DNA of 64,000 bases from Okamejei kenojei (Eukaryota): the NCBI GenBank assembly GCA_035221665.1, contig CM069145.1, forward strand, positions 56,978,001-57,042,000, given 5' to 3'. The translations under genes were made by a program, and so were the position numbers. Below, piece by piece: positions 12,383 to 25,806 of the stretch (positions are counted from its first letter, which is position 1; each line of letters begins with the position of its first letter). The notes below the pieces were generated by a model. The model did not search any database and had not been told where the DNA came from. It saw nothing but the letters and a program-made list of their open reading frames with translations.

Positions 12383-13914
12383 CATCAAGGAACTAGATAA
12401 TGTTCATATTTTGCGCTCAGAGTTTGCTTACCAAATCCCGATTTGCTCTGTCAGATCCAAATAGGCGATCTTCTCCATTTTGCATCCTCTCAGCACTCGC
12501 ATGCTCGAGACAAATAGTACTTGTGGTAGCTGTTCATCCTAATACAGTTTTTAACAATGCCGTTTGCATTCATATTGGGGTTGTTAAGCCCTTCGTTGAA
12601 ATGCTGATTCAGTTGTAGAGGCAGAAAACCATAAGGGAACCGACTGTCAGTTGTCAAAAATAAAGAGCTATAACTGTAGAAATAGTTTGTGGCGAGACCA
12701 AGCGGGTAGAGCAAATGCTTTTATTGACAAAACGTTACTTGAACTACCCGAGCATTTAGACGAGCGAAAACTGTTTTTTAAGCTATTGTGGTTGCGAGGA
12801 GCACTAGCTACTGAATAAACTTACTAAATCTAAAAACCCCGCAAAAACCATATCACTTGACAGTCCCGAATGCCGTCGAGGGTTCTGCATGCAAAGCTTA
12901 ACCACTAAGTGCCGCTACAACTTCATTATTATCACGCATACCTGGATGGAGTCCGGTCTTCAAAGGTCGATTGAGATGCCGCAAACGAAGATAATCGAAA
13001 ATGCACAATATTTGCGCCCATCAATGCCAACTGAAACAATTCGGTCAGACATTATCTAACTGGCTGTAATGGGCATCTTCTACATTCAAACTCTCTTTAA
13101 GGTCCTCATCAGTCCGTTGCCGGTAATAGAACGTGAAACTTGTTCTGGTAAAACAGGCGCTGTGAATAAAATCGCTGGATATTCCAATTACGCAAGGGAA
13201 GAGCAGATTTCAAACATTCCCTGATTTTTATTTCATTGCATAGTCGTTTATTCATACCTGTCACTAATAATTAAATCCTTTCTTTCCGTTGACTCTCCCA
13301 TTTCATCGACCCCTCATTTCACGCATCAATTTTCAGACTGGATTTACTGTAGTGCAACGGACGAAGAAAACGGTGCACTCGAGTCAGTGGGAAACAACTC
13401 GTGATCTACAAATTAGAGAAGCGTAGAGTGCTCCAAATTATATTGTTTAATATAGTCTCCAACTTCCTTATTTTTGGAATTAATTTTCCATCGATCTTAA
13501 TTGAACATGTTTCTCGGATTGCGGAGGAAACTGGATGGATGCTCCATTACAATAAATTTGCTGCTTATTATGAAGTGATGCAAAACCTTTTATATCTTTG
13601 CTTTAAAGAGATGCCGCTATTCCGCCAGTGAGAAAGTACATACGAATTAAAATTCAGATAGTTAAATAAATTTAAATTGTTATATATCCAATTCAATTGG
13701 CTTCACGCCCGTTGGCTTCAAGTTCAGGATCACATTGTGATATAGCTCCTTCTTAACCAACCAGGGTTTCACATCAGCTACATCAATAGGTGATAAGCAT
13801 AATTCCATGTGAAACGACAGTTTTAATAAAACATACATTTCATGTTTAAACGCATGTAAAACGTGCAACACGTAAACCCTTATGTCCTTTACCCGATGAT
13901 CAAACTCGAAACAT

Positions 13915-14382
13915 GCGAGTTGCAGGGTTCCAGCAACTATGTTACAGAGAAAGGTTGAACAAGTTAGGTCTTTATTCTTTGGAGCGCAGAAGGTTAAGGG
14001 GGGACTTGATTAAGGTCTTTAAAATGATGAAAGGGATAGACAAAGTTGACGTGGATACGTTTTTCCCATTGAGGGTAGGGAAGATTCAAACAAGAGGGCA
14101 TGACGTGAGAATTAAGGGACAGAGGTTTAGCGGTAACGTGAGGGGGAACTTCTTTACTCAGAGGGTGGTGGCTGTGTGGAATGTGCTTCCAGTAGAAGTG
14201 GTGGAGGCAGGATCGATTTTAACATTTAAAAGTAAAGTGGATAGGTATATGAAGGGAATGGAGGGGTATGGTCTGAGTGCAGGTAGATGGGACTAGGGGA
14301 AAACAAATGGTCGGCACGGACTGGAAGGGCCGAGAGGGCCTATTTCCGTGCTGTAATTGTTATCTGGTTATATGGTTATATA
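13915..14382 (+). mobile_element. CR1 LINE (family B) 3' end with (TTATATGG)n tail
   Basis: ORF 13913-14296 (LGLYSLERRRLRGDLI..FFTQRVV..WN); near-identical to 47870-48505 and 59460-59927. Confidence 0.92.
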
Positions 14383-14389
14383 ACAGGCA

Positions 14390-15060
14390 GAGTCAAGTCA
14401 AAGTCAAAGTCAAAGTATCCTTTATTGTCATTCAGACCTTTCGGTCTGAACGAAATGTCGTTGCCTTGCAGTCATACATATAATAAAAACAAAACACACA
14501 ATAAACACATATTTAACATCCACCACAGTGAGTTCACCAGGCACCTCCTCATTGTGATGGAAGGCAAAAGTCTTAAAGTCTTTGTCTTCTTCCCTCCTTG
14601 TTCTCCCTCTGCGCTGAGGCGATCCAGGCCTCGGATGTTGTCGTCCACTAGGCCCGTGGCCGAGCCTGCGAAGCCGGGCTGCCGCCACCGCCGTCGTCGG
14701 AACGCTGGAACACCGCCACAGCTCTGAAGCCGGGTCCGCCGCTGAAACACTGGAATCCCACAGCTCTGAAGCCGGGTCCGCCGTTGGAACACTGGAATGC
14801 TAGAACGTCGCCACAGCTCTGAAGCCAGGTCCGCCGCTGGAACACTGGAACCCCACAGCTCTGAAGCCGGGTCCGCCGCTGGAACACTGGAACCTCACAA
14901 CGCTGAAGCCGGGTCCGCTGCCGGAACGCCACACCCACAGCTCTGAAGCCGGGTCCGCCGCCGCCGCTGGAACGCTGGAACGCCGCCAACAGCTCTGAAG
15001 CCGAGTCCCCGCTGGAACGCCGCTGGATCCTGGAAGACTACAACTCTGAAGCCGGGTCAA
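14390..15060 (-). mobile_element. GC-rich non-autonomous element with (AAAGTC)n tail and internal minisatellite
   Basis: Shares CATCCACCACAGTGAG..ATTGTGATGGAAGGCAAA with the 7748 and 25008 copies. Confidence 0.65.
14717..15058. repeat. GC-rich minisatellite, 8 units of about 40-52 bp
   Basis: Core CACAGCTCTGAAGCCGGGTCCGCCGCTGGAAC at about 14717, 14759, 14811, 14853, 14895, 14935, 14987 and 15038. Confidence 0.9.
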
Positions 15061-15329
15061 TGACTATGGAGACAAAATGCCGGAGTAACTCAGCGGGTCA
15101 GGCAGCATCTCTGGGGAAAAGGGATAGATCACATTTCGAGTCGACACCTTTACTGATACAGGATCAATAGGACTGTTCAATATTCGAGAGTAATGAAGTT
15201 TCGAAAATAATCGGAGCAGACTTAATGGGCCGAATGGCCTTATTCTGCTCCTATCACACATGACCTTATGACTAGGGAAAAAAAAGACTGTGCGTTCTTG
15301 CTATTCATTTCCCTCATGATTTTATACTG

Positions 15330-15608
15330 CACCACAGCGGTAGAATTGCTATCTTACACCGCCAGCGACCCGCATTTGATCCTGGTCACGTGTGCTGTCT
15401 GAAAAGTACGGTCTCCCTGTAACTGTGTGAGTTTTCTCCGGGTGCACCTGTTTTCTCCCACATTCCAAAGACATGCAGGTTTGTAGGTTAAATGGCTTCT
15501 GTAAATTGTTCTTGTGTGTAGGATAAAACTAATGTTCGGATGATCGTTAATCGGCGCGGACGCTGTGCTCGAAGGCTTGTTTCCACACTGTATCACTAAA
15601 TTAAACCA
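15330..15608 (+). mobile_element. HE1/V-SINE
   Basis: CAGCGGTAGAATTGCT..GACCCGCATTTGATCC head, CTCCCACATTCCAAAGAC core, CTAAATTAAAC tail. Confidence 0.85.
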
Positions 15609-16609
15609 AATATCACGCCTCAATCTCCTGCACGCCAACGAATATAGTCGTAGCCCACCAAACATCTCCCCCTAGCTCAGGTCCACAAATCCTAGCAACA
15701 TTCTGGTAAGTCTTCTCGGCACTTTTTTCAATCCCATTGTATATTTCCGATGTAATGGTGGCCAAAACTGAAAACTAGCATTCCAATTTATGCCTTAGTA
15801 CAACTTCTACATACAGTCTCCACTGAATTCCCCGACTGAAGAAAGTCAGCGTGCCGAAAGCCCTCTTCACTGCCCTGTTAATCTGCAATACAAATGTTTG
15901 GGGAATTCTGTACTACAACCAAATATCCCTCATCTTTACAACACTCCCCGGGGGGCTCATCGTTCACTGTGAGGGTATCACTCTGTTTCATTTCAAAATG
16001 CAAAACATCATACTTATCTGAATTAAACGCAACTTGTCATATTTCGCTCACTCGTCCAACTGATCAACATCCAGTATAATTATTGATAACCGCCCACAGT
16101 GTCCATAATTCTATCCATGTTAACTTAACCGTCAAACTGTTTGACCCACTGAAGTAATATTTGTCAATTAGAAAATAAATTATATTTAAGCCATTTAAAA
16201 TAATTGCGCAATACCAATAAATGCTATTGTGGCGATTCAGGGGCTTTGAGTCAGACTCATGGATACATAGGGATTGGGAGGGATAGGCATATGAGATTAG
16301 TTTATTTTGGCATCATATTCAGTATGAACTTCTTGGGCCAAAGGGTCTGTTCATATTCTATGTTTGATATTCTGTGCTCTAATAGCGAAAACACATTTCA
16401 GTTAGGCCGTAATATTGCATCGCTTGGAGTTCTCCATAATTTGTGAATAATAATTATTTTACAGTATTTGTATTGATCTCTACGGGGCAGAGTCGACCTG
16501 TAGAAACAGCCCACATTGCACCAGAATCAGAAGGGGAGGGGGTTTCAATTTCTTAGCGACTACTGAAAATGCTTGGGTGGATTTAAACTCATCCGGAAGA
16601 CGATATAAC

Positions 16610-17360
16610 AGATGAAAAAGTTGGAGCAGTTAATGAAGTCAAAGTAATCAGGTCCACTGGGCAGGACAGACAAGAACAAGGGAGCGAGGAAATACTAAGA
16701 AATAGCGCGTCATGTTATATCCGTGCAGGCCATTTTTGGCAAATCGGCCTTCATTTTGGAAAATTGGCATTCATCAGAGTATTGAGTACAGATGTTGGGA
16801 GATCATGTTGCAGTTGTATAAGAGGTTGGTGAGGCCGCATTTAGAGTATTGTGTTCAGTTTTGGGCACCATGTTATAGGAACTATATTGTCCAGCTTGAA
16901 AGGGTTCAGAAAATATGTATGAGGATGTTATCAAGATTAGAAGGTCTGAGCTACAGCGGGAGGTTCAGTAGGCTTGGAACGCAGGAGGATGAGGGGTGAT
17001 CTTATAGAGGTGTATAAGATCATGAGAGGAATTGATCGGGTTGATGCACAGAGTCTCTTGCCCAGAGTAGGAGAATCGAGGACCAGCGAACATAGGTTCA
17101 AGGTGAAAGAGAAAAGATTTAATAGGAATCTGAGGGGTAACATTTTCACACATAAGGTGGTGGATGTATGCAACTAGCAGCCAGATGAGGTAGTCGAGGC
17201 TGGAACTATCCCAACTGTAAGAAAGTTAGACAGGTACACGTTCGGAAGGATATAGGCCAAGCGCAGGCAGATGGGACAAGTGTAGCTGAGGTGTTTTAGC
17301 CGGTGTGGGCACGTTGGGCCGGACGGCCTGTCTCCACACTGCATCACTCTATGACACTGT
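16610..17360 (+). mobile_element. Old CR1 fragments (ORF2 C-terminus and 3' UTR)
   Basis: LVRPHLEYCVQFW and ERRRMRGDLIEVYKIM peptides. Confidence 0.85.
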
Positions 17361-18080
17361 GAATCTACGTCGTTCGTGAGAAGGTATTTGTAGTAACGTT
17401 TTTCAGATATAAGAAGATATTGGGTGGATTGAGACGAATCCCTTGGAGAGAAACAGACTAAATGTGACCTTTGGAGGAGAAAAACAATTGTGGATAAAAG
17501 CTGGGTAATTTCTCCTGGATAAGAGAGTCTACCACTGGAAACCATAAGTCTAAGATGAGTGTGAAAGTATTAAAGGGGACCTGCGAGGCAAGTTTTGTTT
17601 ACATAGAGTGTGATGGGTACAAGGAGCGAACTATCAGATGGTGTAGTAGAGATGGGCCTAATTCCAACGAGTCCTCTGAACTAACAATCTCAGCAGCACC
17701 TGGTGTCAAATACTTATTTTGGAGCTTTTAATTCTGTTTGATTATTAGAAGGTCGGTGCCTTTGGGGTCAACTCGGCACAGCAGTATATGTAGCCTTGAT
17801 ATTCTTAGCTTCCATTCTACGTTTCTGAACCTGCGATTTAAATTGGTATTCTAGTCATGACTTACAGATTATAAGCATCAATATACTTTGCACCAGGGTA
17901 GAAAGCTGAAGTGATATATTAGTTCGTTTAATTACCTAATTTAACATCAGTGATCATGTCCTTACAATGCCAGGGTGCCCCGGTGCCTCTCGGGAACACT
18001 CCAGTGTGTATTTCAAGAGGATCCTGGCATTTTACACGGTGTCAGAAGATTTGCTGCAGCTTCGGAGGTTCCGACTGAAA

Positions 18081-19799
18081 ATGCAAGGGCGTGTGTCAGG
18101 CCTGGTTTACGCTATGTATTACCCCGTTCTGGCTGCTTTTGGCGTTCCAGGTTGGACCATGTGTTATCTCCTGTATCGTTCAGCTAAGCGACAACTGAGT
18201 CATTGCTCTATTCTATTAATTCCTTTCACCGCGCAATGTGTTCGTTTGTGCTAATGATACTGGTTGATTCGGTTTGTGTTAATGATGCTGGTTGTTCTAT
18301 GCAACAGTTTCTAAAATATTTATTCGACAATATACTTCAACAGAATCCATATCGTGGAATTCCTGTCATTCGCTCGTGATTCAAGCACGTGTTTTCATGG
18401 AGGACATAGATAGGCGGCGTTTCAGGACGGGACCCTTTTTCGTCATTTTTCTTCTGAAGAATGGTCCTGACCACAAATGTCGCCCATCCATGCTCTCAAC
18501 TGATGCTGCAAAACCCGCTGAATCATTCCAACACTTTGTGCTTTGCTGAAAATTCCGGAATCTGCAGTTCCTTCTTTAGGGAAAGTGCCGCTGTAAAAGC
18601 CGCTGTTCTTTAGAAGAGGTCCCAATTTAATCCTCGCGCCGCTATTGCGTTGGGCCGGTCCCTCATAAACTAACCTTACCGCGTCGTTTCTGACGTGCTC
18701 TTTCTATAAACCTATAACCTTATAGGTAGACCTATAACCTTGGAAATAAACATTACATTATGAAGTATTCTGGCCTGGTCGTTGGTCTTCAATGGTGGCT
18801 GCGGAAAGAGGTGGCGGCGGTAGGGAAGGACGGATGATGCAGAATTACGTAACCGATTAATTGTATTTTTTTTTAATAATCTACGTAACTTGGTGACTAT
18901 TGTGATCCTGTCCCGCGGAAGGTGAGGTCTATCTAGTTGCATCACTCGATACTTGGTGGGCATGGCGGTGACAGATCTTCCTCATCGCGGCGGTGATATT
19001 CCAGAGAATTGGCATGTTATATTACCCGGTTGTCTCCTTCCAGACCACACGAGTGTGCAGCCTCAGAGTGGTTCTAATATTTGCAACCAGGGATATCTCG
19101 GTTTGGTTAACGGTGACCTTCGCCTTCGATCGATTTGTTTCCATTTGTTGACCGAAACTGAAATCAAAGTACTGTAGGAAGGAAACTGCGGCTGTCGTTG
19201 TTGGAGTGATATGTGCCGTGTGTTCCGTGAAAAACATCCCCATGTACTTTGCGCTTGAACCTTTATACATGGTTAACAATGTGCCATGGTACTGCAATTT
19301 ACGATCAAGCTTTGATACTAATACTTTATGGGCTGCGTACAAATATACCGATCATATCTTAAATCCGTGCGCCCCCTTCCTCCTAATGTTACTGCTCAAC
19401 GCACTTACCGTCAGACACATTCTGACAGCGAACAGAGCTCACAGGAGACTCCGCGTCCAGAGCAACGGAGATAAGCAGAGTGACCCAGAGGTGGAGAGCC
19501 AAAGAAAGTCCATTGTTTTACTTTTCACTATTTCAGGAAGTTTCCTTGTGCTGTGGGCAGCATATGTTGTAAACTTTTTATATGTGCGATTTACAAAAAG
19601 TAATTATTCGACTGGAACCAATTCCAATAACCCGAGGTTCATTTTCCAGGAAAGCGGGGTCATGTTGCAACTTCTTAGTTGCTGCACAAACACGTGTATT
19701 TATGCAGGCACTCAGAGGAGCTTCAGAGAGCAATTCAAATATGGGTTGAAATACCCGTTGAAACTGATCATTGGAAAGAAAATCCAAGGAAGTAGATGA
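18081..19799 (+). pseudogene. Two-exon GPR139-like class A GPCR pseudogene (exon 1 18081-18150, exon 2 about 18885-19799)
   Basis: Exon 1 MQGRVSGLVYAMYYPVLAAFGVP with GT donor at 18151; exon 2 NLVTIVILSRGR*GLSSCITRYLVGMAVTDL, a frameshift, SVWLTVTFAFDRFVSIC*, then open to CTNTCIYAGTQ..FR; stops at 18923-18925 and 19149-19151; acceptor reads AC rather than AG at 18883-18884. Confidence 0.9.
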
Positions 19800-21204
19800 T
19801 TACATGTTTACCGCACGGGTCGTTTCATTCTCTACCCTTTCTCTTTCGCATCGCGTTCCGCCTTCCTTCGTGAGATCCAAATTGGAGATCGTCTTTGTTC
19901 ACTCCATTTGTATACGCCATTCAGTCAGTACCCATGGGATCTGCTAATCCAAACTCTTTCTTAACACCGCCGTTGGCAATTATATCAAAGTTCTTAAATA
20001 CTTCCGTGAAAATTGTGGAAACGTTTATTCAGAGTTTAACTAGTTACAATGGTCGAGGATCACTGTGACCCGAGGTAGACCTATAATCTTGGAAATAAAT
20101 ATTACATTGTGAAATATTCTGGCCTAGTCTTTCGTCTTTCATGGTTAATTAAGATTTTTTTTAAATCAAACAGAGAAGTTTGAAGAAAGGTCCCGACCCG
20201 GGACGTCACCTATCCACGTCTGACAGAAATGTCGTCCGACCCGCTGATTTGTCGTCCGATCCAGCTCTCTGCGTCTTTGCTGTGGAAACCAGCATCTGCA
20301 GTTCCTTGTTTCTTAACAAAAACTGAGCGTCATATTAAAATTAGGCCAAGCTGGCTAGGGCACCTATCAAGAAATAATATTAATCGGAAACACGCAGGAT
20401 TTCCCAAACATCACCCATAATAGGGTGTGGGTGCTTGATGAGAAATGATATTACTAGGTTCACGATGGTTTTTTTCGGTCAGAAATATTCCGGATCTGAA
20501 GGATGGCTAGGGTGCTGGGGAAGAGTAGCAGTAAACGGGTCGGCCTGGTGGGTGGTGGGTAGGATGGTCGCTAAGGTGGGCGGTACGTGGTGGGCGAGCT
20601 CGGAATCTTGTGCGCTGTATCATCATCAGGTGCAAATGGTGAAAAACTCAGAATGTACAATGTACGTTTTACACCCAGCGTTTTCAGGTATTTCGGCGTC
20701 GAAATCAGCCACTAACAAGGCAATCGAATTGAAAGTTGAAACATAATCAGCGGCGAGGAGAGCAAAATAAATAATCAGAGGCATACTTCGCATCATACTC
20801 GCACGTCGAACCACATCCTCCACTCCGGCCATTTACCAAGATCAATTTCCATCTATAAATTCAACGTCGGGTTCCTGCCCTTTACACCCCTCTATAAATG
20901 ACATCGATTTAGTTCAGGCGATGCCACGAGCTAGAATGTGCTTCACAGAACTGGCCAGATCGATTGCTACGACGTATTGCACGGAAAGTCTGCAAATAGA
21001 GACCAAATTGAGCCTAACACATCCAACGTTGAGATACATTGAAGACAAATATCTCGATGTAGCACAACTTCAACTTCAAGTGTCGACTCTATATTTTTAT
21101 TAAACGAGCGAAATTTTCGAATACTGATGACAAAATATTCGATTAACACGTTCGCAGACGCAGGAACGTGCAGATGTTACATCGATTAATCGAAAATATG
21201 TGCA

Positions 21205-21580
21205 GGAATAGGCCATTCAATGTGATCTTGGCTGATAATTAGTACCCCGTTCCTGCGTTGCCCTCTTATCCCTTGATTCCGCTAGCCCTAAGAACGCTAT
21301 CGAACTCTCTTTCGAATGCATGCAGCGAGTCGGCATTCTGTGGCAGAGAATTCCACAAATTCACAACCCTCTGGGTGAAAAGAATTTTCCTCATCTCAGT
21401 TCTAAATGGCCTACGTCTTATTCTTAAACTGTGGCCCCTGGTTCTGGACTCCCCCAGCATCGAGAGCATGTTTCCTGCATCTAGCGTGGCCAATCCCTTC
21501 AATTTTGTTTTATGTTTCCATAAGACCCTCTCCTATCCTTCTTAATCCCATAGCATGCACGCCCAGTCGTTCTATTCTTC
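21205..21580 (-). mobile_element. CR1 3' fragment
   Basis: ORF 21266-21502 SRTRGHSLRIR..FTQRVVNLWNSLPQ. Confidence 0.85.
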
Positions 21581-21585
21581 CATCT

Positions 21586-22110
21586 CTGGGAAGAAGTTCA
21601 GTATTTCAACCAACCTCAATGTCCACCAGAACAGTTGAGATTCACCTGCTCTGTTTGTGAGTGGGGATACATTCTGTCTTCCCACCTGCTGAGGCATCAG
21701 CTTGTTCTCACGGATCAGAGATCGTTTAACTGCTTTGACTTTGAGAAGTGTTTCAAGCGATTTACAGAGGCACCTACGTACTCACACTTGGAAAGGCCGT
21801 TCGCCAGCTCTGTATGTGGAAAGCAATTTGCCCTGTCGTCCTACCTACCTTCCGTCCTAACGACTCACTATGAACTCACTCACACTGGAGAGAGTCGATT
21901 GACTTGTACAATGTGTGGGAAGGGATTCGCACAATCATCCACGCTGCTGAGGCACCAACTTACCCACACTGGAGAGTGGCCGTTTACCTGCTCAGAGTGT
22001 GGAAAGGGATTCACTTGCACTTCCCATCTCGCCGAGGACGAACACGTTCATACTGGCGAGAGATGGTTTCCTCTTTGCGCGGGAAAGGATTCAATAAATC
22101 ACCCAGACAA
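21586..22110 (+). pseudogene. Tandem C2H2 (Kruppel-type) zinc-finger array, degenerate
   Basis: CTMCGKGFAQSSTLLRHQLTHTGEWPFTCSECGKGF..HVHTGER; flanking fingers have lost Cys/His residues or are frameshifted. Confidence 0.85.
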
Positions 22111-24404
22111 ATGCGACGGTGGAGACACCAGGAACTGCAGATGCTAGAATATTGAGTATAACCCACAGTGCTGGGGAAACTCACCAGGTCAACATGCTGA
22201 GTTGCTCCAGCACCTTGTATTTTACAATATGAGGCAGCAGTTTCTTTACACTGGAGAAAGATGATGTACCTAATGCATGTGTCAAAATGGTTTCATCTCA
22301 GTTCATAGCACTGAATGTCAATCAACTCGTTCAAAGTCATCAGACACCTTATTGTATTCATGTTGAAATGTGTGTAAGAATAAGTCATTTGTACAATGCC
22401 AATGTGCTTGCCCTTGAGAGAGATCATTCTAAGTTCTGCGGATGGCACATAATTCCTGCAGAGTTCCAGGCTGTTAACAAACCAGCAAACCTACAAGTGA
22501 CTAAAGTAAAGGTTTGATTATCCTGTCTCTGATTGTTTGGCGATCCCGATGGTTCAGCATCTGGTTCACTCATCAGAATGCTCAGTCCTCCTTGTCCATG
22601 GCCCAGCATACTTACAAGGACAGCTGAGTATTACTAGGAGCGTTGGCCATGTTTCTCACCTGGGTGTCAGGAAAGGAGAGGTTGGTTGTACCCAGAGCAT
22701 TGGAGGCTAGGTATGCAGCCAGATTTTAGTTCCTTGGGGCAGGCTGGGTGTGCTGAAACATACACCCGAGACCGAGGTTAAGGCTCAAGTTCTAACGCAC
22801 ACTCCATGTAGTATTCGCCAATCTCAGTTCCCTGCTCTTCTTTAAACTCCCTGGGTTCACTGAAAAATCCATCGAAATACCGCGTAACATGTATTTTTTA
22901 AAGTAAAATTCAATTGCGGTAATGGGATAACTTCCACTAATTTGAAGTATGCTACTCCCAAAGTCATTGGAATATCGGAGACACGAGAGACCGTAGATGT
23001 GTCTGCGATTATGCGGAAACGGCAGGACAATGGGGTGAGGAGTGAGGTCAGCCATGATTGAATGGCGCGGTAGACTTGTTCGGTCGAATGGCTTAATTCT
23101 GCTCCTATCTCTTATCACATGATGCTGGAATCTGGAGCAACAATAATCTGCTGCCGGAAGTCCATGGGTTGCACTGCATCTGTGGGAGGTATTTGAATTG
23201 TTGACATTTCAGATTGAAACCCTGTATTGAGACAGAGTGAAAAGGGAAAACAGCTAGCATAAATGGGAGAATGGGGGTGGTGAGACAGGAGCTACTACAC
23301 GTCCTAGACGGGGTGAAGGATGATGGGCAGATATTAGAATACAGGAATTTTAGTAAACCCAACCGTGTTCTGCTTTTTATTCATTTCTACGACAATCCTG
23401 TATTCATCTACTTAATTACCATTTGTTTCTCCGATGCTGGCCCATCTCCCATTATCCTGACCAACATTCGCAAGCTGGCCAAAATTGATGTAAAAAAATG
23501 AGATTGTATTTGTGAAGCTGCCAAAAGAGAAAGTTGCGGCAAGTAGAATAACACTATTTAAAAGACACTTGGACGCGTTCATGTATAGGAAATGTTTCAA
23601 GGGATATTGGCCAAATACAGGCAAATAGGTCTAGTTTGGAAGGGGCATCTTGATCAGCATGGACAAGTCGGCCGATGGGAGAATGTTTCTCAGGTGTATG
23701 ACTCTATTACCCTAATTGCAATACCCAAGTGATGTCCTTCTCTTCGACAGTAGCCCCTTAATAATGGATCGCATTGAGTCTTTTTGGTTCTGTGCAGCTA
23801 TTTTATATCTGAAGCAAAATGGCAGGCGATGGGCCATGCCGGGCAGCAGATAACTCATCCACGTCACTCCGGGATTGTTCTGTATCATTTTTTTCATTGT
23901 GCCTTGTACGTATCAATAATGAACCAACGTCACCCAAAAGGATGTTGTTGTTAATCACTGTGAAGACATTTTATATCAGGCATGACATTTGTGGCAGTGG
24001 CTGTTGGTCTACATCTGACCGGGGGGTAGGTCACTTGTATATGTAGATGGATAGGAAACGAGTAGAGGTATTTGGACCAAATGCAGGCAAATGGGACTAA
24101 ATTAGATGGGCCTTCTAATTCGGAATGGATGAGTTGGGCCAAAGCGTGTTTATGTGCTTTATGACTACCACATTATCTGACTGACCACAGTGGAACACTG
24201 CACACTTCCCCGCGTTAAATTGCATTTGATATTTCTTTGCCACCGCACCAGAAAAATGTTACATTGTGCTCGCAGTGAGAACACTGCAGGTTTTCCACAA
24301 CTATATCTGAACATGAAGTGTAAAGTTACAAGGGAAGGTTTGAGGACTTAATGATTTGATTCTTTTAGAAACATTAAATGGTTATCGTCATCACAATAAC
24401 AACA

Positions 24405-25007
24405 TATAAACATAGAAAATGGAAACATAGAAAAATAGGCGCATGAATAGTCTATTCAGCCCTTCGAGCTAGCACCGTCATTCAATATGACCATGGCTGA
24501 TCATCTCAAATCTGTTCCCCGTTCCAGCTTTTTCCCCATATCTTTTGATTCCTGAGAGCTAAATCTAACTCTCTCTTGAAAACATCAAGTGAATTGGCTT
24601 CTGCTGCCTTCCAGAAACATAGAAAATAGGTACAAGAGGAGGATACCCGGCCCTTCGAGCCAGCACTGCCAATCGTTGTGATCATGGCTGATTGTCCCCA
24701 ATCAATAACCCGTGCCCGCCTTCTCCTCTTATCCCTTGATTCCACTAGCCCCTAGAGCTCTATCTAACTCTCTCTTAAATCCATCCAGTGATTTGGCCTC
24801 CACTGTCCTCTGTGGCAGGGAATTCCACAAATCCACAACTCTCTGGGTGAAAACGTTCTTTGTCACCTCAGTCTAAAATGGCCTGCCCTTTATTTTAAGA
24901 CTGTGGCCCCTGGTTCTGGACTTGCCCAACATTGCGAACATTTTTCCTGCATCTAGCTTGTCCAGTCCTTTTATAATTGTATATGTTTCTATAAGATCCC
25001 CCTCATC
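24405..25007 (-). mobile_element. Nested CR1 3' ends
   Basis: Two (AAACATAG)n tails at about 24405 and 24613, each followed by CR1 3' sequence. Confidence 0.85.
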
Positions 25008-25806
25008 CAATACAATACAATACAATAAAATACGGTTTTATTCGTGACATTGCACATAAAGTGCAAGTGAAATGAATTTGCCAGCAGCGGTACAATGATA
25101 AAGAACACACAAAGCACACTGAAAAGTTAACATAAACATCCACCACAGCATTCATCACTGTGGTGGAAGGCAGACAATTTGGTCAACCTCCTCCATTTTC
25201 CCCCGTGGTCGGGAACTCAACCCTCTGCAGCCGTCGCTGCGGGAGTCCAGATGTACAGACAGGTAAAAGTCCAGGTAAGCCCAGAATCGGCTCTTCCCCA
25301 CCGGAGACCGCGGCTTCAGGTTGGTGTAGGCCGCAGGCCGGCGGTTGAAGTTTTAAAGTCCCTGCCGCGCCGCAGCCAGAAGCACCGCAGACCGCAGGGC
25401 CGGCGGTCGAAGCTCCCCTCCAGGGATGATGGTAAGTCCACGCCGCGCCCCTGGTAGAAGTTGGCCGCGGGCGGGCAGTCGGAGGCGGAGCTTCTTCTTC
25501 TCCCAGGCTGCGGACGCCGCGCCAGCTGGAGCTCCGCAGACCACGGCTTCAGGCTGCCGGCTGCCAGCTGCCGGTTGCCGCGGGCCAGCGAAACGGAGCG
25601 CTCCCCTCCGGCGAGCCCCGGCGAGGGCTCGCACGCTGCACGCCGAGAGTCCGCGCTGTGCCCGCCGCAGAAGCCCCGGGCGCGTCTCCGGGAAAGCCCG
25701 CCCGTTCCTCGTTGTTAGGCCACGGGGGTGGAGACCTGGAAAAAGTCCCTTACCCCACTCCCCCCCACACCACCCCCACACAAGACACACAAATAAACAT
25801 TAAAAA
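25008..25806 (-). mobile_element. GC/CpG-rich non-autonomous element with (CAATA)n tail, inserted in CR1
   Basis: Hairpin CCACCACAG..CACTGTGGTGGAAGGCA; CR1 sequence continues on both sides, with CATCC at both junctions. Confidence 0.7.

Noticed and set aside
12620-13900. Coding or transposase relic in a unique-looking segment
   Set aside because: No recognisable motif in the frames examined; left unassigned.
14717-15058. CRISPR-like repeat-spacer array
   Set aside because: Vertebrate context, intervening sequences are variants of one another, and there are no cas genes; it is a minisatellite.
19206-19799. Functional 197-aa GPCR
   Set aside because: Covers only TM4-TM7; upstream there are two stops, a frameshift and a lost splice acceptor.
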